Source of the DNA: Thermoplasmata archaeon
GTDB lineage: Archaea; Thermoplasmatota; Thermoplasmata; UBA10834
Assembly (NCBI GenBank): GCA_035529455.1
Contig: DATKWQ010000052.1
Span: 5,966-69,965, forward strand
Direction: 5' to 3'
Length of the DNA stretch: 64,000 bases
Under the pieces are notes generated by a model, which searched no databases, was not told where the DNA came from, and worked only from the letters and a program-made list of their open reading frames with translations. Positions 10,614 through 20,211 of the stretch are shown in pieces (positions within the stretch are counted from its first letter, which is position 1; each line of letters starts with the position of its first letter). A program made the translations under genes and the position numbers.

Positions 10614-10823
10614 TTACCTTACGCTGAGCTTCCTCGCCTCTCTCGAGGTCTCTTTCAGCATCAGCACATCGCCGACCCTGACTGGGCCCATAACGTTGCG
10701 CGTGATGATCCTGCCCTTGTCCCTTCCGTCAAGGACCCTCACCTTGACCTGGGTAGCCTCCCCAGTCATCCCGGTCCTGCCGATTATCTCGACCACTGTT
10801 GACGGTATGCTGTCATCGGGCAT
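10614..10823 (-). CDS. rps28e: 30S ribosomal protein S28e
   Basis: 69 aa: [27 protein letters not shown]... Confidence 0.95.
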   Translation of the reverse strand: MPDDSIPSTVVEIIGRTGMTGEATQVKVRVLDGRDKGRIITRNVMGPVRVGDVLMLKETSREARKLSVR

Positions 10824-10832
10824 CGGTCACAC

Positions 10833-11204
10833 CTACTTCTTCAGAGCCTTCAGCTTTCCGGCGAGCTCTTCAAGCGCCGGCTTTCCCTTTGCCGCATCAA
10901 CGACCGCCACTGCGGCCGTGGGCTTCTCGAGACCGCATGCGTTCCCCAATTCGGCCTTCGCGGGTACATAGGCGTACGGCACTGCCTTCTCCTCACACAA
11001 CGCGGGGATGTGCATCAGTATCTCGGGTGGTGAGACGTCCTCCGCCATGACGACGAACACGGCCTCGCCACGCTCGACGAGTTTGGTGACCTCATTTGTG
11101 CCCTTCTTCACGCTTCCGCCATCTCTTGCCAGCTCAACGATGTCGTAGGCCTTGTCGACGAGTTCCTTCGGCATCTCGAACTTAACGAATATCGGCTTTG
11201 CCAT
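10833..11204 (-). CDS. rpl7ae: 50S ribosomal protein L7Ae (kink-turn binding protein)
   Basis: 123 aa with the L7Ae/L30e fold (KKGTNEVTKLVERGEA..VVMAEDVSP.EI). First gene of the L7Ae-S28e-L24e-ndk-infB cluster. Confidence 0.95.
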   Translation of the reverse strand: MAKPIFVKFEMPKELVDKAYDIVELARDGGSVKKGTNEVTKLVERGEAVFVVMAEDVSPPEILMHIPALCEEKAVPYAYVPAKAELGNACGLEKPTAAVAVVDAAKGKPALEELAGKLKALKK

Positions 11205-11506
11205 ATCGATACCTCCTTCAGGTGCTCACGCACCATCATCATTCACGGGCTCCTTCGATTCAAAAGAGCAAATGGCAGTAGATGGTCGTTGTATAAAAGG
11301 GTTGCTGAGCACGGCGCGCGCTACATGCATCCGCCTGGGAGGCATGTGATGGTGGTGTATTGAAACTAACGCCTCCGCAGCATTGGATTGAATATCTCGT
11401 CCAGGGAGTCGCCGTTCAGGTAGAACGCCATGATCAGAAGTACTGTGCATGCGCCAGGCTGCGAGAAAGTATATCTTGTGCCGCATTGCTCACCTTCTTG
11501 GTGCAC

Positions 11507-13417
11507 ATGACCAAGAATGTCGTCCGCTTCCAACCTTCGGGCAGCAAGTCGGCCTGCAATGAAGGTGCTTCCATACTTGAACTCGCTCGGGACGCGGGCG
11601 TGTCAATCGAATCGATATGCGGTGGCACGGGAAAATGCGGCAAGTGCAAGGTTGCGCTGGTGGCCGGGGCGGACCTGCTTTCGCCCATGAACGACAACGA
11701 GCGCAGGACATTGGACGAAGACGAGATCGACTCGGGGCTGCGGCTCGCGTGCCAGGCAAGTGTCGTTTCCGAGGGAAACATGACAGTTGACATCCCGGAG
11801 GGTAGCCAGAGAGGTCACCACAGGTTGCTTGCGGCAGGCATCGAACCAGACATAGTACTCATGCCGGCGATGACCAAGATACTCCTGAAGATCCCACCGG
11901 CCACGTTGACCGACATAAGGGCAGATGACGACAGATTGCTGGACATACTGAACGCCGAGGCGGCCGTCACGGCGAACATCGCTCAGGGAGTCCACCAGCG
12001 GATGCCACATGCACTGCGCGAGAAGTCTTGGGAGGCTACCGCGACACTCTACATGAAGGAAGAGTTGATAGGACTCGATCCCGGCGATACGACCGGTGAT
12101 GTCCTGGGGGTGGCAGTGGATGTCGGGACAACGAAGGTTGTGGCGTATCTTCTCGACCTACTGTCTGGGAACACCATCGGGACCGAGAGCCACCCCAACC
12201 CTCAGATACCATTCGGCGAGGACGTGATGTCACGGATAACCTACGCCATGACTAACGAAGACGGCCTCGCGAGACTTCAGAAGGCAGTCATCGGAACAGT
12301 GAACTCACTGATACGACAGCTGTGCGAAAAGGTGGGGAAGAATCCCATCGACGTACTGGAACTAATCATGGTGGGTAACACCGCGATGCATCACATGTTC
12401 TTCGGCATACCACCAAATCACCTGGCATCGGCGCCATATGCTCCGGCAGTCAGGAAATCGATATCGGTCGACCCTAACCACCTTGGGATAGAGATCTATC
12501 CTTTCGGCAAGGTCGGGTCACTGCCCAACATAGCGGGCTTCGTCGGCGCTGACGCCGTGGCAGTCCTTCTGTCGTCCGGTCTGTATGACGACGATGAGAT
12601 TGGCATGATGATAGACATCGGCACGAACACGGAGATCATCGCGGGGAGCAGAGACCGGCTAATCAGCTGTTCGTGCGCGTCCGGACCGGCCTTCGAGGGA
12701 GCGCACATCAAGTACGGCATGAGAGCGGCGACGGGGGCCATCGAGCGCGTGTGGATGGACACGGCTGAGAAGGCGGTTCTCACCCGGACGGTGGACGACG
12801 CCCCACCGAGAGGCATATGTGGTTCCGGGATAGTCGACGCGGTCTCCGAGATGTTCAAGTGCGGAGTCATCTCGGCATCGGGGAAGATCAACTCTTCGTC
12901 CGATTGGGCGGAGCGAATAAGAGAAGGGTCAGATGGCAAGCTCGAATTCGTGCTCGCGGTAGACGAGAGCAACACGGACGACGCGAGGGACGTCGCGATC
13001 ACACAGAACGACGTGCAGGAAATACAGCTAGCCAAGGCTGCGATATTCACGGGTGTCTCGACACTGTTGAGGAGACTCGGGATAAGGTGCTCGGACCTCA
13101 AACGCGTCTACGCGGCGGGAGCGTTCGGGACATATGTCGACGCACCCGCGGCCATCACAATCGGCATGTATCCGGATATACCACCCGAGAGGATACGGTT
13201 CGTGGGGAACGCCGCTGGCTCCGGCGCCCGCATGGCGCTGAAATCTGTCGATGCACGCAAGCTCGCCGACGACCTCTCGCGGAAGGTCGAGTACGTCGAA
13301 CTGGCATCGGAGAAGGACTTCCAATCCGAATTCGCGAAGGCGATGTTCCTGCCACACAGAGAGCTGGACAGGTTCCCGACAGTCGCGCGCGCAATCGCCA
13401 ATTCGTTCGGCCGTTGA
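11507..13417 (+). CDS. RamA/RACo-like corrinoid reductive-activase homolog: N-terminal [2Fe-2S] plant-type ferredoxin domain fused to an ASKHA (DUF4445) ATPase domain
   Basis: Ferredoxin Cys pattern CGGTGKCGKC...C at the N-terminus, then ~550 aa of DUF4445-like sequence (DVGTTKV, DIGTNTE, GSGIVDA). Start trimmed to the ATG at 11507 (MTKNVVRFQP). Confidence 0.75.
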   Translation: MTKNVVRFQPSGSKSACNEGASILELARDAGVSIESICGGTGKCGKCKVALVAGADLLSPMNDNERRTLDEDEIDSGLRLACQASVVSEGNMTVDIPEGSQRGHHRLLAAGIEPDIVLMPAMTKILLKIPPATLTDIRADDDRLLDILNAEAAVTANIAQGVHQRMPHALREKSWEATATLYMKEELIGLDPGDTTGDVLGVAVDVGTTKVVAYLLDLLSGNTIGTESHPNPQIPFGEDVMSRITYAMTNEDGLARLQKAVIGTVNSLIRQLCEKVGKNPIDVLELIMVGNTAMHHMFFGIPPNHLASAPYAPAVRKSISVDPNHLGIEIYPFGKVGSLPNIAGFVGADAVAVLLSSGLYDDDEIGMMIDIGTNTEIIAGSRDRLISCSCASGPAFEGAHIKYGMRAATGAIERVWMDTAEKAVLTRTVDDAPPRGICGSGIVDAVSEMFKCGVISASGKINSSSDWAERIREGSDGKLEFVLAVDESNTDDARDVAITQNDVQEIQLAKAAIFTGVSTLLRRLGIRCSDLKRVYAAGAFGTYVDAPAAITIGMYPDIPPERIRFVGNAAGSGARMALKSVDARKLADDLSRKVEYVELASEKDFQSEFAKAMFLPHRELDRFPTVARAIANSFGR

Positions 13418-13487
13418 TGCGACCGACTATCGAACAACGCGCTACAGGGGGCCTGTCATTTCGAATTTTATGCACCCTATTGGAAAG

Positions 13488-13496
13488 TTTTAAAAA
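13488..13496 (+). promoter_or_regulatory. TATA-like element (TTTTAAAAA) upstream of the saccharopine-dehydrogenase-family gene
   Basis: AT-rich element ~100 bp upstream of the start codon. Confidence 0.3.
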
Positions 13497-13599
13497 CCCT
13501 TTCGAAGGAACCAGCGAAGTTTAAGTAACGACCCTGCCATCAGGGTATCGCCGAGGTTCTGACGCTGTGCGCCGGAACCCGGGGGCTAATGTGAACGAG

Positions 13600-14808
13600 A
13601 TGAAGGGTATTGTTATAGGTGTTGGAGCTGTAGGTTCCGTCATCGCCGATGTCCTTGCGAACTCCGAGGAGTTCGACGAGGTGGTTCTGGCGGACATAGA
13701 CATTGAGAAAGCGGAAAGGATGAAGAAGAGGATCTCCAAGGACAAAGTGTCAACGATGAGGATAGACGCATCGGACACGAAGGGCATGGCCCAAGCGTTC
13801 AAAGGGGTGGACCTCGTCCTGAACGGTGTCATCCCGCGCTTCAACTTCAACATAATGGATGCGTGCCTTATGGCGAAGGCGAGCTACGCAGACATGGCCA
13901 GCGACATATTCCTCTCCAAGGAGAAGCCCGGAGAGATCGTCAAGGAGCCGCCGGTGCAGTACCAGGCACGCAAGTACGATGAGGAGTACAAGAAGGCCGG
14001 GATCGTCGGCATGCTCGGCATGGGCTGCGACCCTGGAGTAGTCAATGTCTTCGCCAGGATGGGCGCGGATCACATGGACAGGGTCAAGAACTTGCTGGTC
14101 AGGGACGGCGACAACGGCTCCGTTGAGGGCTATGATTTCGCGCCGATGTGGTCCCCAGAAACGCTGATAGAGGAAGTCCTTATGCCGCCGATGATCTACA
14201 AAGACAACCATTACCGGAAGGTCGAGCCGTTCAGCGGCAAGGAGGAGTTCGAGTTCCCTGGACCCGTGGGGAAGCTGCCAGTCTACAACGTCGACCACGA
14301 GGAGCAGGAAACGCTTCCGAGATACATCGGTGAGGTCCTCGGCAAGGGCTGTGACTACTGTGACTTCAAGATACACTTGGGCGACGACTATGTCGACGCG
14401 ATCAAGATGATGGGCATGATTGGCCTCGACAATTCCGAGAAGATCAATGTGAAGGGCGTGATGGTGGCTCCGAGAGATGTTGTCACCGCATGCCTGCCCG
14501 ATCCCGCCACGATCGGCGACAGGGCGAAGGGCGACCTCGCCCACGGGACGATCACCACAGGTGTGAAGGACGGTAAGGAAGTGGGGTACTACATCTACAC
14601 GTCCATGAACCACCAGGACTGCTGGAACAAGTACGAGCACAGCGCTACCGCATACACAGTCGGTGTGCCGATCGCGATAGGCGCGATACTGTTCGCTCAG
14701 GGGAAGATAACGCAGAAAGGAGTGTTCCCGCCGGAGATGCTCGATCCGAAGCCGTTCGTGGACATGCTGCCCAAGTACGGCATGAACTGCATCGAGAAGA
14801 AGCTCTGA
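13600..14808 (+). CDS. saccharopine dehydrogenase-family NAD(P)-dependent oxidoreductase
   Basis: Rossmann GxGxxG (IGVGAVGS) at the N-terminus and a saccharopine-dehydrogenase/homospermidine-synthase-like architecture. Start trimmed to MKGIVIGVG. Confidence 0.75.
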   Translation: MKGIVIGVGAVGSVIADVLANSEEFDEVVLADIDIEKAERMKKRISKDKVSTMRIDASDTKGMAQAFKGVDLVLNGVIPRFNFNIMDACLMAKASYADMASDIFLSKEKPGEIVKEPPVQYQARKYDEEYKKAGIVGMLGMGCDPGVVNVFARMGADHMDRVKNLLVRDGDNGSVEGYDFAPMWSPETLIEEVLMPPMIYKDNHYRKVEPFSGKEEFEFPGPVGKLPVYNVDHEEQETLPRYIGEVLGKGCDYCDFKIHLGDDYVDAIKMMGMIGLDNSEKINVKGVMVAPRDVVTACLPDPATIGDRAKGDLAHGTITTGVKDGKEVGYYIYTSMNHQDCWNKYEHSATAYTVGVPIAIGAILFAQGKITQKGVFPPEMLDPKPFVDMLPKYGMNCIEKKL

Positions 14809-14907
14809 GCATCCGAGCGCTGGCCTCGAGAAACCCCTTCATTTCACCTTTTCCACAGAGTGTGCCCTGCAATCAGGTTTATTACGGTTCCCCCATACGG
14901 GAAACCG

Positions 14908-16119
14908 ATGGCTGAGGGCGACCGACGAATCCGCAGGTTCTATCTGTTCAGGGCGCTCACGTCGTTCGCTCTCTGGATGCCCTTCTGGACACTCTGGGCG
15001 TATGAGAACCTGGACAGCGTCTTCCTGATCACGGTTGTGGACGCTGCATTCTGGATGACGATGATCGGGTTCCAGATACCGGCGGGGTTGCTTGGGGACA
15101 AGTACGGCAGAAAGGCGATGCTGTTCTTAGGGGAGATACTGTTCTCCGTGGGCGTCCTGACCTTCGGCCTCAGCACGGAGTTCTGGCAGTACATCGCCTC
15201 CAACTTCGTCTGGGCGCTCGGGGTGTGCTTTGTGGTGAGCGGGGACACGCCGTTCATGTACGACACGCTCCTGGAACTCAAGCGGCCGAACGAGTTCACC
15301 GTGATAATGATCAACGCCACAGTGGTGGCGTACTTGATGAACGCAGTGGCGTGTGTGGTGGGAGGCTATCTGGTCCATACCACTGGCCGCCTGGACCTGC
15401 CACTGCTGATTGCGCCTGCGATAGCAATCATGGGCACGATGACAGTGTTCACGTTGAAGGAGCCAAAGGTCAACAGGACCAGCGTAAGCTCTTTCAGGTC
15501 TCACTTCGGAGTAGGCCTCAGGCAGGTGCTCAACTCGAGGGCGATAGTCATACTCATACTGTTCCAGATAGTCATCGAGGTGGGCGTCTACGTCATGATG
15601 ATATTCAGGTCGATATACATGAACGAGGACCTCTCCCTGGACCATCTTCAGATCGGCCTCCTGTTCTGCAGCTTCCTGATAGTCGGCGCGATCATCATCG
15701 GCTTCGCCCGCAGGGTTGGGGACATCCTCGGCGAGAAGAGGGCGCTGTTGTTCCTGTACTTGGCGGTCTTCTTCTCGTTCGTCGTGGTCTTCGTCGTCAG
15801 GTCGCCTATAGCCATCGTGACGCAGTACCTGATCTACGTCGTCGCTGGCGTCCAGGGACCCATCATATTCGGATACATCAACAAAAGAGTGGATTCCGAG
15901 CACAGGTCGACTATCATCTCCATAGCGACTTTCATATTCACGATAGTACTGGTGCTCGTTGAGGTCGGAGCCGGGTTCATGGCCTCCGCGTGGGGGCTGA
16001 TAGAGAGCCTGTTCGTACTGACGCTGTGCACTGCCCCGATCGCGTTGATACTGATCGTCCTGTGGAACCGCGAAGTCGACCGGGCAGAATCATCCGTCGA
16101 AAATGTCCTTGCAGAGTAG
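14908..16119 (+). CDS. MFS transporter
   Basis: About 12 predicted TM helices and a GDKYGRK MFS signature between TM2 and TM3. Confidence 0.85.
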   Translation: MAEGDRRIRRFYLFRALTSFALWMPFWTLWAYENLDSVFLITVVDAAFWMTMIGFQIPAGLLGDKYGRKAMLFLGEILFSVGVLTFGLSTEFWQYIASNFVWALGVCFVVSGDTPFMYDTLLELKRPNEFTVIMINATVVAYLMNAVACVVGGYLVHTTGRLDLPLLIAPAIAIMGTMTVFTLKEPKVNRTSVSSFRSHFGVGLRQVLNSRAIVILILFQIVIEVGVYVMMIFRSIYMNEDLSLDHLQIGLLFCSFLIVGAIIIGFARRVGDILGEKRALLFLYLAVFFSFVVVFVVRSPIAIVTQYLIYVVAGVQGPIIFGYINKRVDSEHRSTIISIATFIFTIVLVLVEVGAGFMASAWGLIESLFVLTLCTAPIALILIVLWNREVDRAESSVENVLAE

Positions 16120-16190
16120 CCGAGTCCGCGCCTCACAAATAGAAAAAGGGGGGGAGGCTATCAGACCGGTAAGAGTGTGCATTCTAGATA

Positions 16191-16208
16191 AATTTTATCA
16201 TTTTTGAT
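16191..16208 (+). terminator. T-rich tract (AATTTTATCATTTTTGAT) in the convergent MFS/ppsA intergenic region
   Basis: Oligo-T runs ~70 bp downstream of the MFS stop. A matching oligo-T run lies on the other strand (16137-16155) for ppsA. Confidence 0.3.
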
Positions 16209-16256
16209 AACGGCGTTTTGCGGCCAGCCTCTTCGTGTGCAATGTCGAGGGCGACG

Positions 16257-18695
16257 TCACTTGATGCCGAGTTTCTTCTCAGCCTCTGCCACCAGCAGTC
16301 TGGTCGGGATGACCCGGTCCGGGTTCAACGACAGGCTGTCGATTCCGAGGCCGACCAGGAACTCAGTGTATTCTGGGAAGTCGGACGGTGCCTGACCACA
16401 TATCCCGATCTTGCGTCCCCTCGCCTTCGCAACCTTGATCACGCGCGCGATGAGCTCCTTGACCGCGGGGTTCCTCTCGTCGTAGAGATGGGACACGAGT
16501 TCGGAGTCCCTGTCAAGCCCGAGTGTGAGCTGTGTGAGATCGTTGGAGCCGATAGAGAAACCGTCGAACACATCGGCGAATTCGTCCGCGAGAATCACAT
16601 TGCTCGGTATCTCGCACATCACGTATATTTCGAGGTCGTTCTCCCCCTGCTTCAACCCGTGACTGGCCATGACCTCGATGACCTTTCTGCCCTCCTCCGG
16701 TGTCCTGCAGAATGGCACCATCACCTTCACGTTCGTGAGGCCTTTGAGTGACCTCACCCTCTTCAAGGCCTGGCACTCCAGTGCGAACGCCGGCCTGAAC
16801 TTCTCGTCGTAGTACCGCGATGCGCCCCGCCATCCGATCATCGGATTGAACTCCACTGGCTCGTACAGCTTGCCTCCAAGCAGGTTCGCGTACTCGTTAG
16901 TCTTGAAATCGGATAGTCTCACGACGACATCGTTGGGATAGAATGTTGCGGCGATCTTCCCAACGCCCCAAGCGAGCTTGTCAAGGAAGAAGTCCACCTT
17001 GTTGTCGTACCCCTGGGTCTTCGCCTCGATGGCCGACACCACCTCTGCGATGGCCGGTTCGGTCTTGGCACGTTCCTTGAGCTTGTCGAACTCGACGAGT
17101 GCGAGAGGATGGATGCCAATGTGAGACGCGATGATGATCTCCAGACGGGCCAATCCGACGCCGTCACACGGCGTCTGCCCCTGAGTGAAGACATGCTCTG
17201 GCACAGCCACGTTCATCATCACCTTGGTCTTCGTCTTCGGCATCACACTTATGTCCGTCTTGTCGACTCTGAACTTGAGCTTGCCCTCGTAGACGTTGCC
17301 TACGCCCTCCGATGTGTCCACAGTCACCATCTGCCCGTCGCTGAGCACGCTCGTGCCGTTGCCTGTCCCGATTATGCAGGGGATGCCCAGCTCACGGGAG
17401 ACTATCGCCGCATGGCATGTCCTGCCTCCACGGTCTGTGACGATTGCCGATGCGATCCTCATGATCGGCTCCCAGTCCGGGTCGGTCTTGTCTGTCACGA
17501 GCACCTCGCCCTTCCTGAAATCCGATATCTCGAATGCGCTCTCGAGCACGTTGACCGTGCCAGCGCCTATCTTGCTGCCGACGGCCTCTCCACTGATGAG
17601 GGTTTTGCTCCGCTCCTCGAGCACGTAGGCCTCCAGCACTCCACCGACCTTGGCCGCGTGGACCGTCTCAGGCCGTGCCTGCACCACGTACAGCTCGCCC
17701 GTGACGCCGTCCTTGGCCCATTCGATGTCCATCGGTTTCCGATAGTGTTCCTCTATCATCACGGCCCACTTCGCGAGCGTGACTATCTCATCGTCATCCA
17801 GGACGAACCTCTGGCGGTCACGTTCTGGCACCTCCAGGTCGACCATGCCATGCCCTTTGGTCGCGTAGACGAGCTTGTGCTGTTTGCTGCCCAGCTTCTT
17901 CTCGATTATCGGGTCCTTGAACTTGCCCAATGCCGGTTTGAATACGTAGAATTGGTCCGGATTGACCGCTCCCTGCACTATCATTTCGCCAAGGCCCCAC
18001 GAGCCGGTGATGTACACCACCTTGTCGAACCCGCTCTCGGTGTCCAAAGTGAACATCACGCCGGAGCAAGCGAGGTCGCTTCTGACCATCCGCTGGACTC
18101 CCACGGACAGGGCGTTGCTCAGCTGATCGAACCCTCTGTGGGCCCTGTAAGCGATGGCGCGGTCGGTGAACAGACTGGCGAAACACTGTCGGATGGCCTT
18201 CAGGATGGCACTCTCACCGCTCACGTTCAATATCGTCTCGTGCTGGCCGGCGAATGATGCGCCGTCGAGGTCCTCGGAGGTCGCGCTGGACCGGATGGCC
18301 ACGCTGGGATTATTGATCCCCAGCCTGCGGCCGAGCTCCCAGTAGCCGTACTTGATCTCCCGCTCCAGCTCCGCGGGGAACGAGGCGTCGAGAAACGCGC
18401 GTCGTATCTTCTTCCCCCGTTCACCGACGTCCCCAGGATTGTCAGAGTCTACATCGCTGAGCGTCGACAAGATCGCCTCGTCGAGGCCTGCATTCTCAAC
18501 GAACCATCTGAATGCCTTGGTGGTGACCGCGAACCCCTCAGGTACGCGGATACCTTTGGAGGTGAGGTGACGGAGCATCTCGCCCAACGAAGAATTCTTG
18601 CCTCCGACCTTGGCGATGTCCTTGAGGCCTATCTGATCCAACCATAGCAGATGCTCATTGGTTCCGTTGCGTGGTTTGTCCGGCTCATCGAGCAT
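16257..18695 (-). CDS. ppsA: phosphoenolpyruvate synthase (PEP synthase/water dikinase)
   Basis: Has the PEP-utilising domains, the phosphohistidine region (GGRTCHAAIVSRE) and a C-terminal PEP-binding TIM barrel. Start trimmed to MLDEPDKPRN. Confidence 0.95.
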   Translation of the reverse strand: MLDEPDKPRNGTNEHLLWLDQIGLKDIAKVGGKNSSLGEMLRHLTSKGIRVPEGFAVTTKAFRWFVENAGLDEAILSTLSDVDSDNPGDVGERGKKIRRAFLDASFPAELEREIKYGYWELGRRLGINNPSVAIRSSATSEDLDGASFAGQHETILNVSGESAILKAIRQCFASLFTDRAIAYRAHRGFDQLSNALSVGVQRMVRSDLACSGVMFTLDTESGFDKVVYITGSWGLGEMIVQGAVNPDQFYVFKPALGKFKDPIIEKKLGSKQHKLVYATKGHGMVDLEVPERDRQRFVLDDDEIVTLAKWAVMIEEHYRKPMDIEWAKDGVTGELYVVQARPETVHAAKVGGVLEAYVLEERSKTLISGEAVGSKIGAGTVNVLESAFEISDFRKGEVLVTDKTDPDWEPIMRIASAIVTDRGGRTCHAAIVSRELGIPCIIGTGNGTSVLSDGQMVTVDTSEGVGNVYEGKLKFRVDKTDISVMPKTKTKVMMNVAVPEHVFTQGQTPCDGVGLARLEIIIASHIGIHPLALVEFDKLKERAKTEPAIAEVVSAIEAKTQGYDNKVDFFLDKLAWGVGKIAATFYPNDVVVRLSDFKTNEYANLLGGKLYEPVEFNPMIGWRGASRYYDEKFRPAFALECQALKRVRSLKGLTNVKVMVPFCRTPEEGRKVIEVMASHGLKQGENDLEIYVMCEIPSNVILADEFADVFDGFSIGSNDLTQLTLGLDRDSELVSHLYDERNPAVKELIARVIKVAKARGRKIGICGQAPSDFPEYTEFLVGLGIDSLSLNPDRVIPTRLLVAEAEKKLGIK

Positions 18696-19086
18696 TGTTC
18701 GCCCCCGCCTGAAGCAGTCCTCGTGCGAAGTCGCGTCGCGTCTCCGCCTCTCCAGAGCTCCTTCCTGTTTCGGCTGCGCCCCCGACCCGCGAGGGCGCTT
18801 GCTTTCAAGAGCCACCCCATCCATAGCTGCATCTGTCTACTGGCGACCAGCGCAAACCGCGCTGCCAAGGGGATGGATCGACAGTCTCGGTATGGGGATA
18901 AATCCGCACGCCTTAAGAACGTTTCCCAGATACGAGGTCACAGACGTCTTCAGTCGGACTTCGGGCTATGGTATCCGACCGCACCACGTCCATAAATGTG
19001 CATGCGGAGACCATCGTCGGGGCGCGCAAACTGTTTTCACCAGGTAGTTCATTCGAGTCCGCGGACGGTCGTAGGCAGTGCGGCAG

Positions 19087-20211
19087 ATGAAAGTGACAAT
19101 GCTCACATACAGCACGAAGGCGCGTGGAGGCGTTGCCCACGCCCTGAAATTGTCCGAGCATCTTCACGGGAAAGGCGTCGATGTGGTCGTCCACTCATTG
19201 TGCAGGGACGATGACACTGAACCGAAACGATTCTACAGGGAAACCGATGTCCCCCATGTCATCCACGAGTACCGCTGGGACGACGATGTAATGACCCGGC
19301 TTGAGCGCATGATCGCCGCCTATGCAAAGGGGCTTCCGACGGACTCGGATATCTATCACGCGCAGGACTGCGTCGGAGGGACCGCGCTCTCGCGGCTTAA
19401 GACGGGCGGAGCTCTGGACGCGCCAGTGTTCAGGACGGTCCACCATGTGGACGATTTTGCTGAGCCCAGGCTGTTCGCTTTCGAGAAGACGGCGGTCAGT
19501 CAGGCGGACTACCTCTTCGTCGTCTCCGAGTATTGGAGGGCCGCACTCAAGAGGGACTACGGCCTTGACTCGGTCGTTGCTCTCAATGGCATTGACCTCG
19601 AAGACTTCAGTTCCGTCCCGAATAGGAGAACCAAGCACCCTACAATCCTCTTCGTCGGAGGGCTCGAGCCGCGCAAGGGGCTCGAGTATCTCATCCTGGC
19701 ATTACCAGATATCCTTGAGGCCGTTCCGGACGCAACGCTTCGGATCGTTGCCAAGACCGGGTTCCGGGGAGTCGACAAGCTCGAGTGGTTCGAGCTCCTG
19801 GCCGAGAGGGCCGGGGTGGATGGTAGCGTCGAATTTCTCGAGTCGGTCGATCAACAGGAGCTATTGCAGCTCTATTCCGACGCGGACGTCGTCGTCCTTC
19901 CATCCAGAAACGAAGGATGGGGACTGTCACTGATGGAGGCCATGGCACTCCTGAAACCTGTGGTCGCCACGCGCGTGGGAGGGGTACCCGAGCTTGTCAG
20001 GGACGGCGTCGACGGAATCCTAGTCGACCCCGGGGACATCAAAGGCATCGCCAGGGCCATTGCGAAGCTGTTGACCGATCCGGCCCTCCGGTGCCTGATG
20101 GGAGCGGCCGGTCGCCAGCATGTCGCTCGGCACAGCTGGGAGAATACTGCTAAGCTCACACTGAAGGAGTACGAACGCAGCCTCAACCTGACAGACCATA
20201 CTCGTCCATGA
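19087..20211 (+). CDS. glycosyltransferase, GT4 family (GT-B fold)
   Basis: The C-terminal half carries the EGWGLSLMEAMA....GG.PE E-x7-E motif of retaining GT4 enzymes. Confidence 0.85.
   Translation: MKVTMLTYSTKARGGVAHALKLSEHLHGKGVDVVVHSLCRDDDTEPKRFYRETDVPHVIHEYRWDDDVMTRLERMIAAYAKGLPTDSDIYHAQDCVGGTALSRLKTGGALDAPVFRTVHHVDDFAEPRLFAFEKTAVSQADYLFVVSEYWRAALKRDYGLDSVVALNGIDLEDFSSVPNRRTKHPTILFVGGLEPRKGLEYLILALPDILEAVPDATLRIVAKTGFRGVDKLEWFELLAERAGVDGSVEFLESVDQQELLQLYSDADVVVLPSRNEGWGLSLMEAMALLKPVVATRVGGVPELVRDGVDGILVDPGDIKGIARAIAKLLTDPALRCLMGAAGRQHVARHSWENTAKLTLKEYERSLNLTDHTRP

Noticed and set aside
16257-18824. Full-length 855-aa ppsA ORF including 43 extra N-terminal codons
   Set aside because: The extension is Arg-rich and non-conserved. 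PEP synthases begin ~25 residues before the KDI..VGGK block, which corresponds to the internal Met at 18695.
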